From Camelus dromedarius (Eukaryota), in NCBI RefSeq assembly GCF_036321535.1, contig NC_087436.1:82400001-82464000 (forward strand): DNA of 64,000 bases, read 5' to 3'. Below, one piece after another: positions 36,918 through 51,900 of the stretch. Made by a program: the position numbers and the translations under genes. Position 1 is the stretch's first letter, and each line of letters starts with the position of its first letter. The notes beneath the pieces are model-generated. The model saw only the letters and a list, made by a program, of their open reading frames with translations. It ran no database searches and had not been told where the DNA came from.

Positions 36918-39900
36918 CTAAAAGAAAGATAACATGAAATAATTAGGAAAGTAATATTAAGTGCATTTGTAAAATATCTTTAAAAATACTTATATTTATC
37001 AAGTATCATGTCCATGTTCATCTTAAATAAGATTAAGAACTTTAACTCTGAGTCACCACTATATGTTCTTTCCAGTGAAATCCATTTCCTTTTCAAAAGG
37101 AAAAGGAAAGTTTAACCTTCTTTAGGGTAGGAGTGACCTGAAAGATTTAGTCTTCAAAATAAATATACTTGAATACTTTTCAAAAGATCTAAGAGACAAG
37201 GTGTATAGAACTGAATAGTTCAGGTACTAAACGGCTTAAAAAAAAAGAAACCTGACCCTAGAGAGAAAGTAAGAATAGGAACTAATTTTATACTTTATAA
37301 TCCAGAAACTATTAAAATGTTCCATTAAAAGACTAGGGACACAGAATTGCTGAAAGAAAATGCAGAAAATACACTTGGTTTTTGAGCATAATGCTGAACA
37401 AATTATTTAACTTTTGAGTTTAAATTTCTTACATGTAAATGAAAGAATTAACACTTACCCCCACAGTGTTCTTATGACTAATCAATGTGTTAATATAAAA
37501 TGCCTTAATTTTATGGTGATGGACACACAGTAGGTTAATTTTTATCTCCCTACCCCATCCTTAAGTATATTGAGGAACTTGTCACATTCCAATGAGTCTG
37601 AGAGAAACTGAACAGAGTATGTAAACTTGTATAAATATGTACAGACATCTGCTTAGATGGCATTAAAATAAGGTTTAGAAACTGAGCAGCAAACATTCAT
37701 ATTCAGAGAAAAATCAGGGCAATATTAATAATAGTGATAATTATAATAATAATTCTGGTATATAGCATTTATTACTTATAGTATGCTGAATATTTTAAAT
37801 GCATTTTATTTATCTCTCACAGGCCTATAAAGTCCTGTTGTCTCCATATAACAGATGAAGAAACTGAGCTTCAAAGAAGTTAGATAACTCATCCATGTCC
37901 ACATAGCAAATCACAAAAACACAGATTCATCTGTGATAAAAGTCTGGGGAAACTTTAATCATCAAACATTTTGGTGCCTCCTCTGTGTCCATCAACTCTT
38001 CAAAGCTCGGGAGATGTAGTGATGAAAACCAGACAAAATTCCTTCCCTCAGAAAGTTACATTCTAAAGACCATGATCACTGAACACTTACATAATGGGAC
38101 AAGCATAATGGGAAACACTTTGCAGGTTTTAACTCATTTATTTTCCAAGAAGATCCTTGAGCTTTACTATCTAAACCTATTATTTTTAACTGACTTCCTA
38201 AAGGATCCATGCTGGGGAAGTCTGACTCTAGGGACAGGCAGGCAGCAAGAGAGCAACAGGCTATTTTTTCCCCCCTGACCTAAGGCACCTCCTCACTTTC
38301 CCCTATTACCTGACCAGTGTCATTGCCACACAACTTTCCCAGAAGAGTAATGGGGCAATGTGTTATGCATTCTTTAAAAGAGTGGTTTCCAATCTTGGCT
38401 GTATGTTAGAATCACAGAGAAAGTTGTATCTCTTAGAGACCAAGCCACACTCTAGACCAATTAAATCAGAATCTTGGGGAGTAGGTCTCAGGCATTAATT
38501 AGCATTTTAAAAACTCCCAGGTAAGTTCTAGTGGGCACCAAAGTTGGGAGTTACTGCTCCAAAAAAATGCTTCTCAAATTTGAATGTCCATACAAATCAC
38601 CTGTGGGTCTTATTAAAATGCAAATTCTGATTCAGGAGATCAGGAGATTCTATATTTCCAATAAACTCCCAGGTGATGGTGATGCTGCTCATCCATGGAC
38701 CACATTTGAAGGAGCAAGGCTTAAAGGTCTCTAAAATTATAAGAGATTATGTAGCAATTCTTATGCTTCAGGATGACTTTGCAAAGAGCTCAATGATTAT
38801 CTGTTGTATATTTAAATGACTATCTAAAACCTAACTATGGTCTCCTCCAATATCACTGTCCCATAATTCCATTATGTAATAATGATTAAAAACTATCCTC
38901 CTTCCTATTCATTCATTTATAAGACAAAACTTCCAGAAATGTATAAATTTCTTTCTTAAAAAAAAAAAAAAACACTTAAAACTTGTGGAAATTATTTAAT
39001 TTCTTTCCCCATTTGCTATACCAATCTTGTTTGAATTATTAACAAATGTGGTTTTAAAAATGGATGGATTCCTTAAGCCTATTACTTTTATTAACTTAAT
39101 TCCATTTAATTGTACTTTATCAAATGACTGACTTTAAATCTGAATTAAAACATGTAATAGATAATCTTCATGTGTAATGCTGACAAACATAACTGTCACT
39201 TACTTTTCTAACACTGAAAAAAAACTTAAAGAAGATGGAACAAAGATCATTTTCTGCTCAGTCAGGATCCCATCTATCAGCTTGTTTACCACTTCCTCAG
39301 GTTCCAGAGTGGGTCCCAAACTGAAATCAGAAGCAGTCTTCAGAAATGAAACATTTCACGGAGGCTTCAGCTTTGGTTTGGTGCAAAACAAGTGAGTTAA
39401 ATTACCATAGCATAACTGACTTGAAGCATCTAGCCTATCACAGGGACTCAAAGATGGTAGCTGTTTTCACATTAATAATAATAGCAAAACAAAACCATTT
39501 ATTAAGACTCGAAAATAATTTAGCTAGATTAGGACTGACAAATCACTTTTAAATCCTTAGAAGTCTTCAGAAAGAAGTCAGATACCATTATGCAAGTTTT
39601 ATTATTATATTAAGTGTATAATTTCTAAAGTATCAGAGGACTTAAAATACAGGGGTATGCTCAGCTCTAAGTCCTTGATCTCCATATGGAACCCTTATAT
39701 TTATTAGGTCTTGATTTAATTTTTAGCTTTGTTACTTTGTTCCATTTTACATCTTTACTGTGTAATCACCCTGGTATTATGCATTACTGAGTAAGAGGTG
39801 GTCCCTAAAAAGTGACCTTTGTTCTCTGAGCGCTAGAATAAGTGCATTTAGGATAGAGTTACAAAAGAGTTAGTCCTGTTTTTTTTTTTTTTTTTAACAT

Positions 39901-42900
39901 TTTATTAATGACTTCGAAAGAAAGATAAATAATTAAATTTACTCATGAAACTTGCTAATGTCACCAAATTGTATGGGAGACTAACATTTTGGAGAGGCAG
40001 ATTTTAAATGTGTGTGAATAGTTTAAGAGAACTGAGACAAAAATAATGGGATGAGGTTCTTTAGGAACAAATACAGAATAGTTCATTCAGAAAGAAAAAT
40101 ATGCAGTAAAGTAAAACTGGGACAACTGAAAAGTGTAGTATTGTACTTAAAAGTGGGCAAGATAATTGTATACATGGAGGAGAGCAGAACCTAAAATATA
40201 TATAACATAATCTTTCATTCTCAGCATAGGTCAGTCATTTGTTAGAAAACTGTGTTCACCCCAGGACCCAGATGCAATAGTATTACATATGAAAAGCTTG
40301 CAGAGGTGACAGGAGAGGCAATGTAATAATGAAAGTAATGGCTTTTGGCCCAATGGAGGCAAAATGAAAGGTAATAGAAGCTTGAAGACTAAGCAGTCCT
40401 TTAGCCTGTGGGATAGGCAGGTAATGGGGACCAAGGAGGATGACTCTAGAAACTGAAGAATGCTTGTGCCTTGAACAGTGTTCAGAGGGAAAGTTACTTT
40501 CTGGCATATTGCTACCAGACCTCAATATTCCCATGTTCCATCCCTACCAATAAAATGGTGTTGCACTGAGCAAACTTTTCTAAGTTATTTGATCTCTTTG
40601 CCTAAGGTCTTAGCCTCTGTCAGAAGAATTTTTGTTAAATTTAATGGTTGTCCAATATCATGATATTAAGAAGACCAAAAGGCTTCAATTGCTTCATAGA
40701 AAAAAATTTTAATCTTTAATCATTAAAATGCCAGTACACAGAAATATTTTCCCTGATAATTTACATTAATAAGAGTTGCAAATCCTATTAAATAAATGTT
40801 GATAACGGATTTTGTAGAAACTATCCAAAAACACTTTCAGCCAATCTGTTGGGGTGGAGAAGAAGAATGTATGTGTGATTATAAGAATACTTAAGGAGAA
40901 AGAATATTTTCAGGTAGAAGGACTGTGTTTGATTATCTAATTTTACCACTTAAGTAGCTGAATAATTTGGGGAATGATATTTTCACTCATCAAAGCTCAG
41001 GTTTTTGTTTTTGTGTTTAATCTGAAAAATGGAGGTAATGCAGTGGTATGCTGGTAAATGTGTATCAACTGGCTCTCCAGGGGACAGAATTACCAGTTTA
41101 GTAGCGTTTTCCAGTTTCTATGGTATAAATACTCCCAATATGGCAATTCAAGCTGCCAATATGGCATCACTGAATGAACATAAGGTGGCTTCAGTACTCT
41201 ACTGGTAACATTGTGGTTAAATGGGAAATACACATACAAATATTTATACAGTTATAGTATACTGATGTTACTTGTCACCTTCTTATATAACATTTTCTTT
41301 TTTATGGTACTAGCCAATGAAAACTAATAGCTTTCTGTAGCAAACACACAACTAAATTTTTAGAGAAAATAAATTTTCTTATGTAAAGTACATATTGGAG
41401 AGTAGACATTTTAAAAGGATGATTCAGAACATCCAATTATTCTTAATCTAATAAATTCAGATTATAGTGCATTGTTTGTATCACTAATAGAAAAGAAAAA
41501 GATAACTTATTTAAGGGCAAAGCATTTAACTAAAAATTGCTCATATACCTAATAATAAAGCCCCAAAATACATGAAGCAAAAAAATGACAGAATTGAAGA
41601 GAAATATGGATAGTTTAAAAAAAAGAGCTGGAGACATTAATCCCACTTTCAACAATGAACTGAACAGCTAAACAGAAAATCAACAAGGAAATAGAAAACT
41701 TGAACAACAGTATAAATTAACCAAACTAACAGTACCTATAGAACACTTCACCCAACAACAATAGAATACATATTCCTCTGAAGGGCACAATAAACATTCT
41801 CCAGGACAGATCTTATGTTAGACCACAAAACAAACCTCATTAAATGTAAAAATACTGAAATCATATAAAGTATGGTCTCTGACCATAGTGAAATGAAATT
41901 AGAAATTGGTAACAGTGCACACCAAAGGTCATTGCAGCATTATTTACAATAGCCAAGATATGGAAGTAACCTAAATGTCCATTAATATATGAGTAAATAA
42001 AGAAGATATATATTTATACAGCAGAATATTACTCAGCCTTTAAAAAAAGAAATCTTGCCATTTGCAACAACATGGATGGATCTAGAGAGTATTATGTTAA
42101 GTGAAATAAGTCGGACAGAGAAAGACAAATATCATATTATCTCACTTATATGTGGAATCTAAAAAACAAAACAAACAAATAAACAAAACAAAACAAAAAC
42201 AAACTCACACAGAGAACAAATGAGTGGTTGCCAGAGGGGAGGTGGGGGGAAGGGGAAGGGACAAAATAGGTGAAGGGGATAAAGAGGTACAAACCTCCAG
42301 TTATAAAATAAATAAGCCACAGGATGTATTATATAGCATAAGGAATATGGTCAATAATACTGTAATAACTGTGTGGGGACAGATGGTTACTCGATTTATC
42401 GTGGTGATCATTTCATTAAGTATGTAAATATCAAATCACTATGTAGTATACCTGAAACTAACATAATATTGTACATGAACTATATTTCAATAAAAAAGAA
42501 ATCGGTAACATACTGTGGAAAATTCACAAATATGTGGAAATCAACCAATGGGACAAAGAAGAAATCATAGGAAATTAGAGAGTATTTTAAGATGAACTAA
42601 AAAACAAAGCATACCAAAATTTATTGGACACAGCAAGAGCAGTGTTCAGAGGGAATTTATAGCTATAAACACCTACATTAAAAAAGAAGAAAGATTTCAA
42701 ATCAATAACCTAACTTTCACCTTAAGAATCTAGAAAAAAAAAACTAAACCTAAAGCAAACAAAATAAAGGAAATAATAGAGATTAAAGCAGAGATAAATG
42801 AAAGAATAGAAGACAATAGAAAGAATCAATGACTCTTGGGGAATGATGGAAATGTTAGGTATCTTGATTGTGGTAGTGTTTTCATAGGTATATACATCTA

Positions 42901-45900
42901 TCAAAATTCATCAAATTGTACATTTGAAATATGTGTAGTTTACTGTATAGAAATTATACCACAATAAAGTCATTTCAAAAAACTCAGTGAAACCAAAAGT
43001 TGACTCCTTGAAAAGATCAACAAAATTGACAATTTTTTTGCTAGAACTGATCAAGAAAAGAGAGAAGACAAACTATTACAATCAAGAATAAAAGTGAATT
43101 CATTACTGAGTTCCTACTACCAACCTTACAGAAATAAAAAGGACTATAAAAGAATACTGTGAACAATTATATGCCAAAAATTAAATAACCTAAACAAAAT
43201 GTACAAATTCCTAGGAACACACAAAGTACCAAAACTGACTCAAGCAGAAATAAAAAAACCTGAGTATACCTTTAACAAAAGATTGAATTAGTAATCAAAA
43301 AAATCCCAGCAAAGAAAAGCCCAGGATTAGAGGGCTTCATGATGAGCTCTACCCGACATATAAAGAATTAACACCAGTCCTTCTCAAAGTCTTTCAAAAA
43401 ACAGAAGAGGAGAGAATTCTTCCCAACTCATTCTATGAGGCCAGAATTACCCTGTTACTGGAGCCAAAGATATCACTAGAAAACTATATACCAATATCTC
43501 TTATGCATATAGATGCACATGTCATCAATGAAATACCATCAAATCAAATCCAGCATCAAACTAAAAGGATTATATACCATGGCCAAGTGAGATTTATTCC
43601 AGGAATGCAAGGTGGTTCACCATATAAAAATCAATGAATGTACTATACCATATTAATAGAATGAAGCAAAAGATCATCACCATACACACAGAAAAATCAT
43701 TTAACAAAATCTAATACCCTTTAATGAGAAAAAAAAAAATCACTCAACAACCTAGAAACACAAAGGAACTTCCTTAACTTGATTTTTATAAGCTCTTGTA
43801 TGCATGCAGTCTGATTTGTGTGAGCAGAGTGGAATATAGAAGATAATAGGACTTATTAAATAAAAAGATGATTGTGAGCCTTTCTAATAATCAAAAATAT
43901 ACTACTATAACATAGAAGTACTGGTTTTTTCCTGTCATGTTGGTAAAGATTAAAAATATGCTAATATCCAAAGCTGGCAAAGGTGAGAGGAATGGACACT
44001 TTATACCCTGTTGGGGGGAGGATAAATTAGGACAATTCTTCTGGAGGGCAATCTAATAAATCTATCAAAAGTAAATAAATTCCTTTGATCCAATAATTCA
44101 TTTAAAAAATTATAATAAAATAGTCAGAAAAGTGCACAAAGATACACACACACATATATACATGTACATGTGTACACATATATGAATATATAAACATGTA
44201 ATACATATATGTATACATGCACACATAAACAAGGATATGCGTTTGTTACAATAATTAAAGATTTGAGATTTAAATGTCCATCGATAGACAAGATGTATAT
44301 CCAAGGATTGTTAGGTGAACAAAAAGAATAAGGTAAGAAAAAAGCTAAGAGTAAGGTAAGTAAAGTAAGCTCTTTATACATCAGCACAGAAAGTTGACAG
44401 CAGCACATTGTTAAGTCAAAAAGGCAGCTTATAGAATAGTATGTATGTTTCCATGTACCAGAAGAAGAAATCATTAAGAAGTATAGCCTCTTAAATTAGA
44501 AAGCTTTAACTGGAGATCTAATTTTTCAATAAAGTGATCTCTGGAAGAGTAGCAATTTTGAAGGGGCTTTTCTCCATATTACTTAAGTTTTGATTATAAT
44601 CATCATGCATTATCAGGAATTCAATAAAGCTACTTCCAATGAAGTATTTAATATACATTAAAAATAATGATTCTTAGGAAAAAAATTCAATTTAAAATTT
44701 CTATTAAAAAACAAAGCTAGGAATAGAAGGGCATTTGAAGTCAGAGACCTAGGTAGGAATTCTGATCTGTCACTCTGGGACAGTGTGACCTTGGGTAATT
44801 TTCTTAAATTCTCCAAGTTCCAGTTTCTTTGTCCATAAAATGAGCATAGTATGATTTATCTTGCAGAATGGATATAAGGATTAGAATAGGGTAGGCAAAC
44901 TATGATGGGCCCAAATCTTGTCCTCCTGGATGAAAGATTAGAAGTAATTTATAGAAGATATTTAGACCTAGTAGGGTACCTGGTATTTAGTAGGCTTTCA
45001 GTAAATGCTTTTAATAAGGTGATCTCTTGACATCCAAATTTATTTAATAAAAATAACTCTTAGCTGTCAAAAAATTACTTGTAGCACCTGATTATCCTTA
45101 ATTCCAATAAACTTGTATTATTCTGCATTACAACTCACACATTGCAGTTTCTTTGCAATGTGTTAGATGTATAAATATAATAACCAATAAACTACATCTA
45201 AAAGAGAATTTAAGTTCCAACATTAATATGATACAAACTATATTGAATCAGAGATTTAGATGTTGGTTCAGTTTTCTTCTTTCAGAAAGGCTGTCCTCTG
45301 TGTAAAAAAGAAAATTTTGGGCTGAATCTCAGTTCTTCTAAATATGGGCAAGTTACTTGATCTCTCTAAGCAAAGCATTCTTAAGAGGTTTAAGAAAATT
45401 ACGGGGGGAGAAGGGGCCAAGATGGCGGAGTAGAAGGATGATCATAGCTCACCCTCTCCCACAGATACACCAAAATTCACATCCACGGACCTACCCAGCC
45501 AACCAGAGCACCTGCTTAACTCCAACAGAACATCGCCCTTTTCAAAAGACAAAGATGCCACAAATCTGGTAGGAGAAAAGGAAAAAAGAAGAAAAAGCAA
45601 AACAGTGCGGGACCAGGCCTGCAGGGAGGGAGCGGCAAAGGAGGACTAGCACTCGTTTGCTGAATATCCCCATCTCCAATGGAGAGACCAGCGGGACAGA
45701 GGTGGAACCTCAGAGGCTCAGATCTGTATGGAGCACCCCTTGACCGACAGAACTAAGTTAAACAGGCACAAAGGGTCCCTGCAACACCCAGCCTGGAGAC
45801 ATGAGCTGGGGGCTGGGACAGGCTGCTGGAGGACTGGGGCAGCTGCACTGAGGTACCCCCGGGGGACTGCAGGGTGCTGTGCGCTGTGGCTGGGAGGGGA

Positions 45901-48900
45901 TACAGAGCAGAACAACCTGGGCCCCCCATAAATTAATGAAAAAAAAAAAAAAAAAAAAGCAAAGCAACATGGCTGGTGTGCCCTGGGGGGAGGGGCACCA
46001 TAGCCTTTGTTGCCTCAGACCCACGGCGCCATTACTGGTGCTTCTCGGGAGAACAGAGGTGGAGCGCAGCCACAGCCGCCATATGCTCCTGTGCACAGCG
46101 CCTGGGTGGGGGCGGGGCCAAGACCTGAATCCGCACCTGGGGGCCCCCATCCTTCCAGGCAGGACTGAGACTTGTTTACAGCCTGAGGCAGATAGGATCT
46201 TTCTGTCCTGGTACCTCAGGGAACTTGCACCACCAAGACAAACAAGGAGCTGAGTTTTGGCATGAAGCAGGGGTGGGGCTGTTCTGCTGTCTTCCCTGGG
46301 GCCGCCTACGAAGCACCACCAGAGGTAGAGCAGGCAGCTGCACAGAGCAGTGGAGCGATCGGAGCAATCAGGACTGGGAGATGGCGGGTGGCCACTGCCT
46401 TCCATGCAGGAGTGCAGCACCTGACCTTGGTGCTGGGAGGGGGCGCAATTGACCCGCCTACCTCACCTGAGCGCAGCGTCTGACTGTGGCATTGGGAAGG
46501 AGAGTGACCCGCCCGCCCACTGAGATGGAGCACAGCACCTGACCCAGTGTTGGGAGGGGGTGTGATCCGCTTGCTGACAGGCACTGGGAGCAGCATGGTG
46601 GAGGGCGCCAAAGGAGGGTCTCTGGAAACAGCAAGCTGAGTTCACAAAATGGCGAAGACAGAAAGACTTCTCAATAAAATCATTAAGTGTGCACAGTCTC
46701 CAGGAGAACACACCCCCCATTTTTTTTTGTTTTAATCTTGTTTTTAATCTGTTCTACTTTTATTACCTTTTTAATCTTTACTTTTTAAACAATTGTATAT
46801 GTCTACAGTTTTAATCCCTCTTAAAATTTTCTTTTAAGATCTTTTTATTATTATTATTTAAAAAAATCCACCTCATTTCATTTTTATTTCTCTTGGTTTT
46901 GATCTTCTGTTATTGATTATACACAAGTTTTAAATATTGCTTTCTGATCTTTTCTCTTTTTTTAAGGGTTTTAAAAGACATCTCAACTCAATTGCTATTC
47001 TGCTTCAACTTGCTCTTCTATTATTGATTATATACTGTTTTCAAACTTTTTTTCTCCATTCTTTTAAAATTCTCTCTCTCTTTTTTTTAAGTTTTATTCC
47101 TGCATAGGCTTTAGGTAGATAAATAAATAAACTCCTTAAGGACCACAATAGATAACTGATACTCCTTAAGCCACAGTGCCAGAGAGATATGAGCAATAAG
47201 AAGAAGCAGAGGAACCACTCCCAATTAAAAGAGCAAGAGAAATCCCCTGAAAGCATGATCAATGAAATACACATTGATGGCCTACTAGATCAATATTTCA
47301 AAATAGGAGTGATCAAAGTACTGAAGGAACTAAAAGAGATAGTGTTTAGAGATATAAAATATGTCAAAAATGAAATTGAAGCTATAAAGAAGAGCCAACT
47401 AGAATTGGTAAACTCATTGGCTGAAATGAGAACTAATCAAAAGGCTATACACAGCAGGCTAGACAATGTAGAGGAACAGCTAAGTGACCTAGAAGACAGG
47501 ACAACAGAAAGTACCCAATCAGAACAGCTGAGAGAAAAACAAAAAACAATGAAATCAATATAAGGGACCTATGGGATAATATAAAGCGTGCCAATCTACG
47601 CATAATAGGGGTTCCAGAAGAGGAAGAAAGAACAAAGGGGATTGAAAAGGTATTGGAAGAAATCAGGACTGAATACTTCCCAAATCTAAAGAAGGAATCA
47701 GATATCCAAGTACAGGAGGCTCAGAGGGTCCCAAACAGGAAGAACCCAAACAGACCCACACCAAGACATATCATAATCAGGATGGCCACAGTCAAGGATA
47801 AAGAAATGATCCTAAAGGCAGCAAGAGAAAAACAAAGAGTGAGTTACAAGGGAACCCCCATAAGGCTCTCAGCAGATTTCTCTACACAAACACTACAGGT
47901 CAGAAGGGAGTGGCAAGATATATTCAAAGTCCTGAATGAAAAAAAGATGCGGCCTAGGATACTCTATCCAGCAAGGCTATTCTTTAGAATAGAAGGAGAG
48001 AGAAAGAATTTCACAGACAAGCAAATCTAAAAGAGTTTAGCAACACTAAAATCATGCTAAAAGAAATATTGAAAGGTCTACTCTAAATAGAAAAGAAGCA
48101 GGATGCTACAAAAATGAGAAACTCATAACTGGAAACTCATAAATGGAAACTCATAACTCATAACTATTATGAATTACAAATAGAATAAACACAAAATTGT
48201 AAAAGAAGACATCTAAATCATTAAGAGTGGGAGAGGGAAGCAAGAAAATACAGATTATTTTTTTTCTTTTCAAAAATTTTTTGTTCTTGGTAGGATGGGT
48301 TTGAGTTTATACTACTATCTGTTTAATACAAACAGTTATAGTAATGGGTTAACAGACTTATAAAAAAGGGTTACCACAAGCCAAAAACTTACAAGTGAGT
48401 CACAAAAACTAAAGAAAATCCAAGATAATACAAAGGAAAATTACCAAATCACAAAAGGAAGAAGAAAGAAACAAAGAGGAAATACCAAATCAATTGCAAA
48501 AATAAGTTCAAAATGGCAATAAACACACATCTATCATTAATTACTGTAAATGTTAATGGACTAAATGCTCCAATCAAAAGACACAGAGTGGCAGACTGGA
48601 TAATAAAGCAAGAATCTTCAATATGCTGCATACAAGAGACCCACTTTAGGGAGAAGGACACATATACATTGAGAGTGAAAGGATGGAAAAGGATATTCCA
48701 TGAAAATGGAAAAGTCAAAAAAAGCAGGTGTAGCAGTACTGATTTCAGACAAAATAGACTTTAAAACAAAGGCCATAAAGAAAGATAAAGAAGGACATTT
48801 TATAATGATTAAAGGAGTAATACAAGATGAGGATATTACACTCATTAATATATATGCACCCAATATAGGAGCACCTAAGTACATAAAACAATTACTAACA

Positions 48901-51900
48901 AAGATAAAGGGGGATATTGATGGGAATACAATAATTGTCAGACTTTAACACCACATTAACATCACTAGACATATCTTACAGACAGAAAATAAATAAGACA
49001 ACAGAGAAATTAAATAATACAATAGAAAAATTAGATTTGGTGGATATTTTCAGAGCATTACACCCCCCCCCCCCCAAAATAGGATATACATTCTTTTCAA
49101 GTGCACATGGAACATTTTCTAGGGTTGATCATGTACTTGGGCACAAAAGAAGCCTCAACAATTTTAAGAAGATAGAAATTATCTCAAGCATCTTTACTGA
49201 CCACAATGCCATGAAACTAGAAATCAACTACAGAGAAACAAAGGAGAAAAAAAGGAAAGCATGGAGATTAAACAACATGCTATTAAAAAACCAATGGGTC
49301 AATGATGAAATCAAAGTTGAAATGAAAAAATATCTTGAGACAAATGAAAATGAAAACACAATCACACAAAATTTATGGGATGCAGCAAAGGCAATGCCAA
49401 GAGGGAAGTTTATAGCAATACAGGCATTCCTCAAAAAAGAACAATCTCAAATACACAATCTAAACCACTAGCTAAAAGAATTAGAAAAAGAAGAGCAAAA
49501 ACCCCCAAAAGTCAGCAGAAGGAAGGAAATAATAAAGATCAGGGAGGAAATAAATAAAATAGAGATGAAAAAAAAAATAGAAAAAATCAATCATACCAAA
49601 AGATGGATTTTTGAAAGAGTAAATAAAATCCACAAACCACTGGCCAAACTCACAAAGAAGAAAAAAGAGAGAGCACAAATAAGCAAAATAAGGAAGGAAA
49701 ATGAAGAAATTACAACAAATAGCATAGAAATACAGAATATCATATGAGAATATTATGAAAAACTATATGGAACCAAAATGGATAACCTAGAGGAGATGGA
49801 CAAGTTTCTGGAAACATACTGTCCACCAAGACTGAATCAAGAAGAAACTGACCACTTGAACAAACAGATCACTAGAAATGAAATCGAATTAGCAATAAAA
49901 ATCCTCCCTATAAATAAAAGTCCAGGACCAGATGGCTTCACCAGGGAATTCTACCAAACATGCAAAAACTCATACCAGTCCTTCTCAAACTCTTCCAGAC
50001 AATTGAAAAGGAGGGAATACTCCCAAACTCATTCTATGAAGCCATCATCACCCTGATACCAAAATTAGGCAAAGACACCACCAAAAAAGAGAATTACAGA
50101 CCAATATCATGGATGAACATAGATGCAAAAATCCTTACTAAAATATTAGCAAATAAAATCCAACAGCACATAAAAAAGATTATACATCATGATCAAGTGG
50201 GGCTCACCCCAGGGACACAAGGGTGGTTCAACATATGCAAATTAATCAATGTAATATATCACATCAACAAGAGAAAGGACAAAAACCATATGATCATCTC
50301 AATAGATGCTGGAAAAGCATTTGATAAAATTCAACACCCATTTATGATAAAAACTCTCACCAAAGTGGGTATAGAGGGAACATATCTCAACATAATAAAA
50401 GCTATATATGACAAACCTACAGCCAGCATTGTACTTAATGGTGAAAAACTCAAAAGCTTCCCACTAAAATCTGGGACAAGACAAGGATGCCCACTATCAC
50501 CACTCCTATTCATCATAGTCTTTGAAGTCCTAGGCCACAGCAATCAGGCAAGAGAGAGAAATAAAAGGGATCCAAATTGGAAAACAAGAGGTAAACGTGT
50601 CACTATATGCAGATGACATGATACTATATATAGAAAACCCTAAAAGGTCCACACAAAAACTACTAGAAATAATCAAAGAATTCAGCAAAGTAGCAGGTTA
50701 CAAGATTAACATTCAAAAATCAGTTGCATTTCTTTACACTAATGATGAATCAACAGAAAAAGAAAGTAAAGGAACAGTCCCCTTTAAAATAGCACCCAAA
50801 GTAATAAAATACCTAGGGACAAATTTAACCAAGGAGGTGAAAGACTTATACATGGAAAACTATAAAATACTGATTAAGGAAATTAAAAAAGACTTAAAAA
50901 AAATGGAAAGATATCCCATGCTCTTGGATTGGAAGAATCAACATTGTTAAAATGGTCATACTGCCCAAGCTAATCTATAGATTTAATGCAATCCCTATCA
51001 AATTACCCAGGACATATTTCACAGAACTAGAACAAATCATAATAAAATTTATATGGAACCACAAAAGACCTAGAATTGCCAAAGCATTACTGAAGAAAAA
51101 GAAAGAGGCTGGAGGAATAACTCTCCCAGACTTCAGACAATACTATAAAGCTATAGTATCAAAAAAGCATGGTATTGGTACAAAAACAGACATATGGACC
51201 AATGGAACAGAATAGAGAGCCCAGGAATGAACCCACAAACTTTTAGTCAATTAATCTTTGACAAAGGAGGCAAGAATATACAATGGAATAAAGACAGTCT
51301 CTTTTCAGCAAATGGTGTTGGGAAAACTGGACAGCAGCATGTAAATCAATGAAGCTAGAACACTCTCTTACACCATACATAAAAATGAACTCAAAATGGA
51401 TCAAAGACTTAAACATAAGACAAGATACATAAACCTCCTAGAAGAAAATATAGGCAAAACATTATCTGACATACATCTCAAAGATGTTCTCCTAGAACAG
51501 TCTACTCAAGCAATAGAAATAAAAGCAAGAATAAACAAATGGGACCTAATTAAAGTCACAAGCTTCTGTACAGCAAAGGAAACCATCAGTAAAACAAAAC
51601 GACAACCTATGGAATGGGAGAAAAGTTTTGCAAATGAAACCGACAAAGGCTTGATCTCAGAATATATAAGCAGCTCATACGACTTAATAAGAAGCAAACG
51701 AACAACCCAATCCAAAAATGGGCAGAAGACCTAAACAAGCAATTCTCCAAGGAAGACATACAAATAATCAATAGGCACATGAAAAAATGCTCAATATCAC
51801 TAATTATCAGAGAAATGCAAATCAAAACTACAATGAGGTATCACCTCACACCAGTCAGAATGGCCGTCATTCAAAAATCCATAAATGACAAATGCTGGAG

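Noticed and set aside
39879..39910. T-run plus AACATTTTATT resembling an ultra-truncated L1 tail
   Set aside because: Too short, and no TSD identified.
45758..46420. 220-aa antisense ORF in the L1 5' UTR (ORF0-like?)
   Set aside because: Listed start is GTG, the DNA is GC-rich and stop-poor, and the frame crosses an A-run (poly-F). No similarity to primate ORF0 that I can recognise; it would need conservation across family copies.
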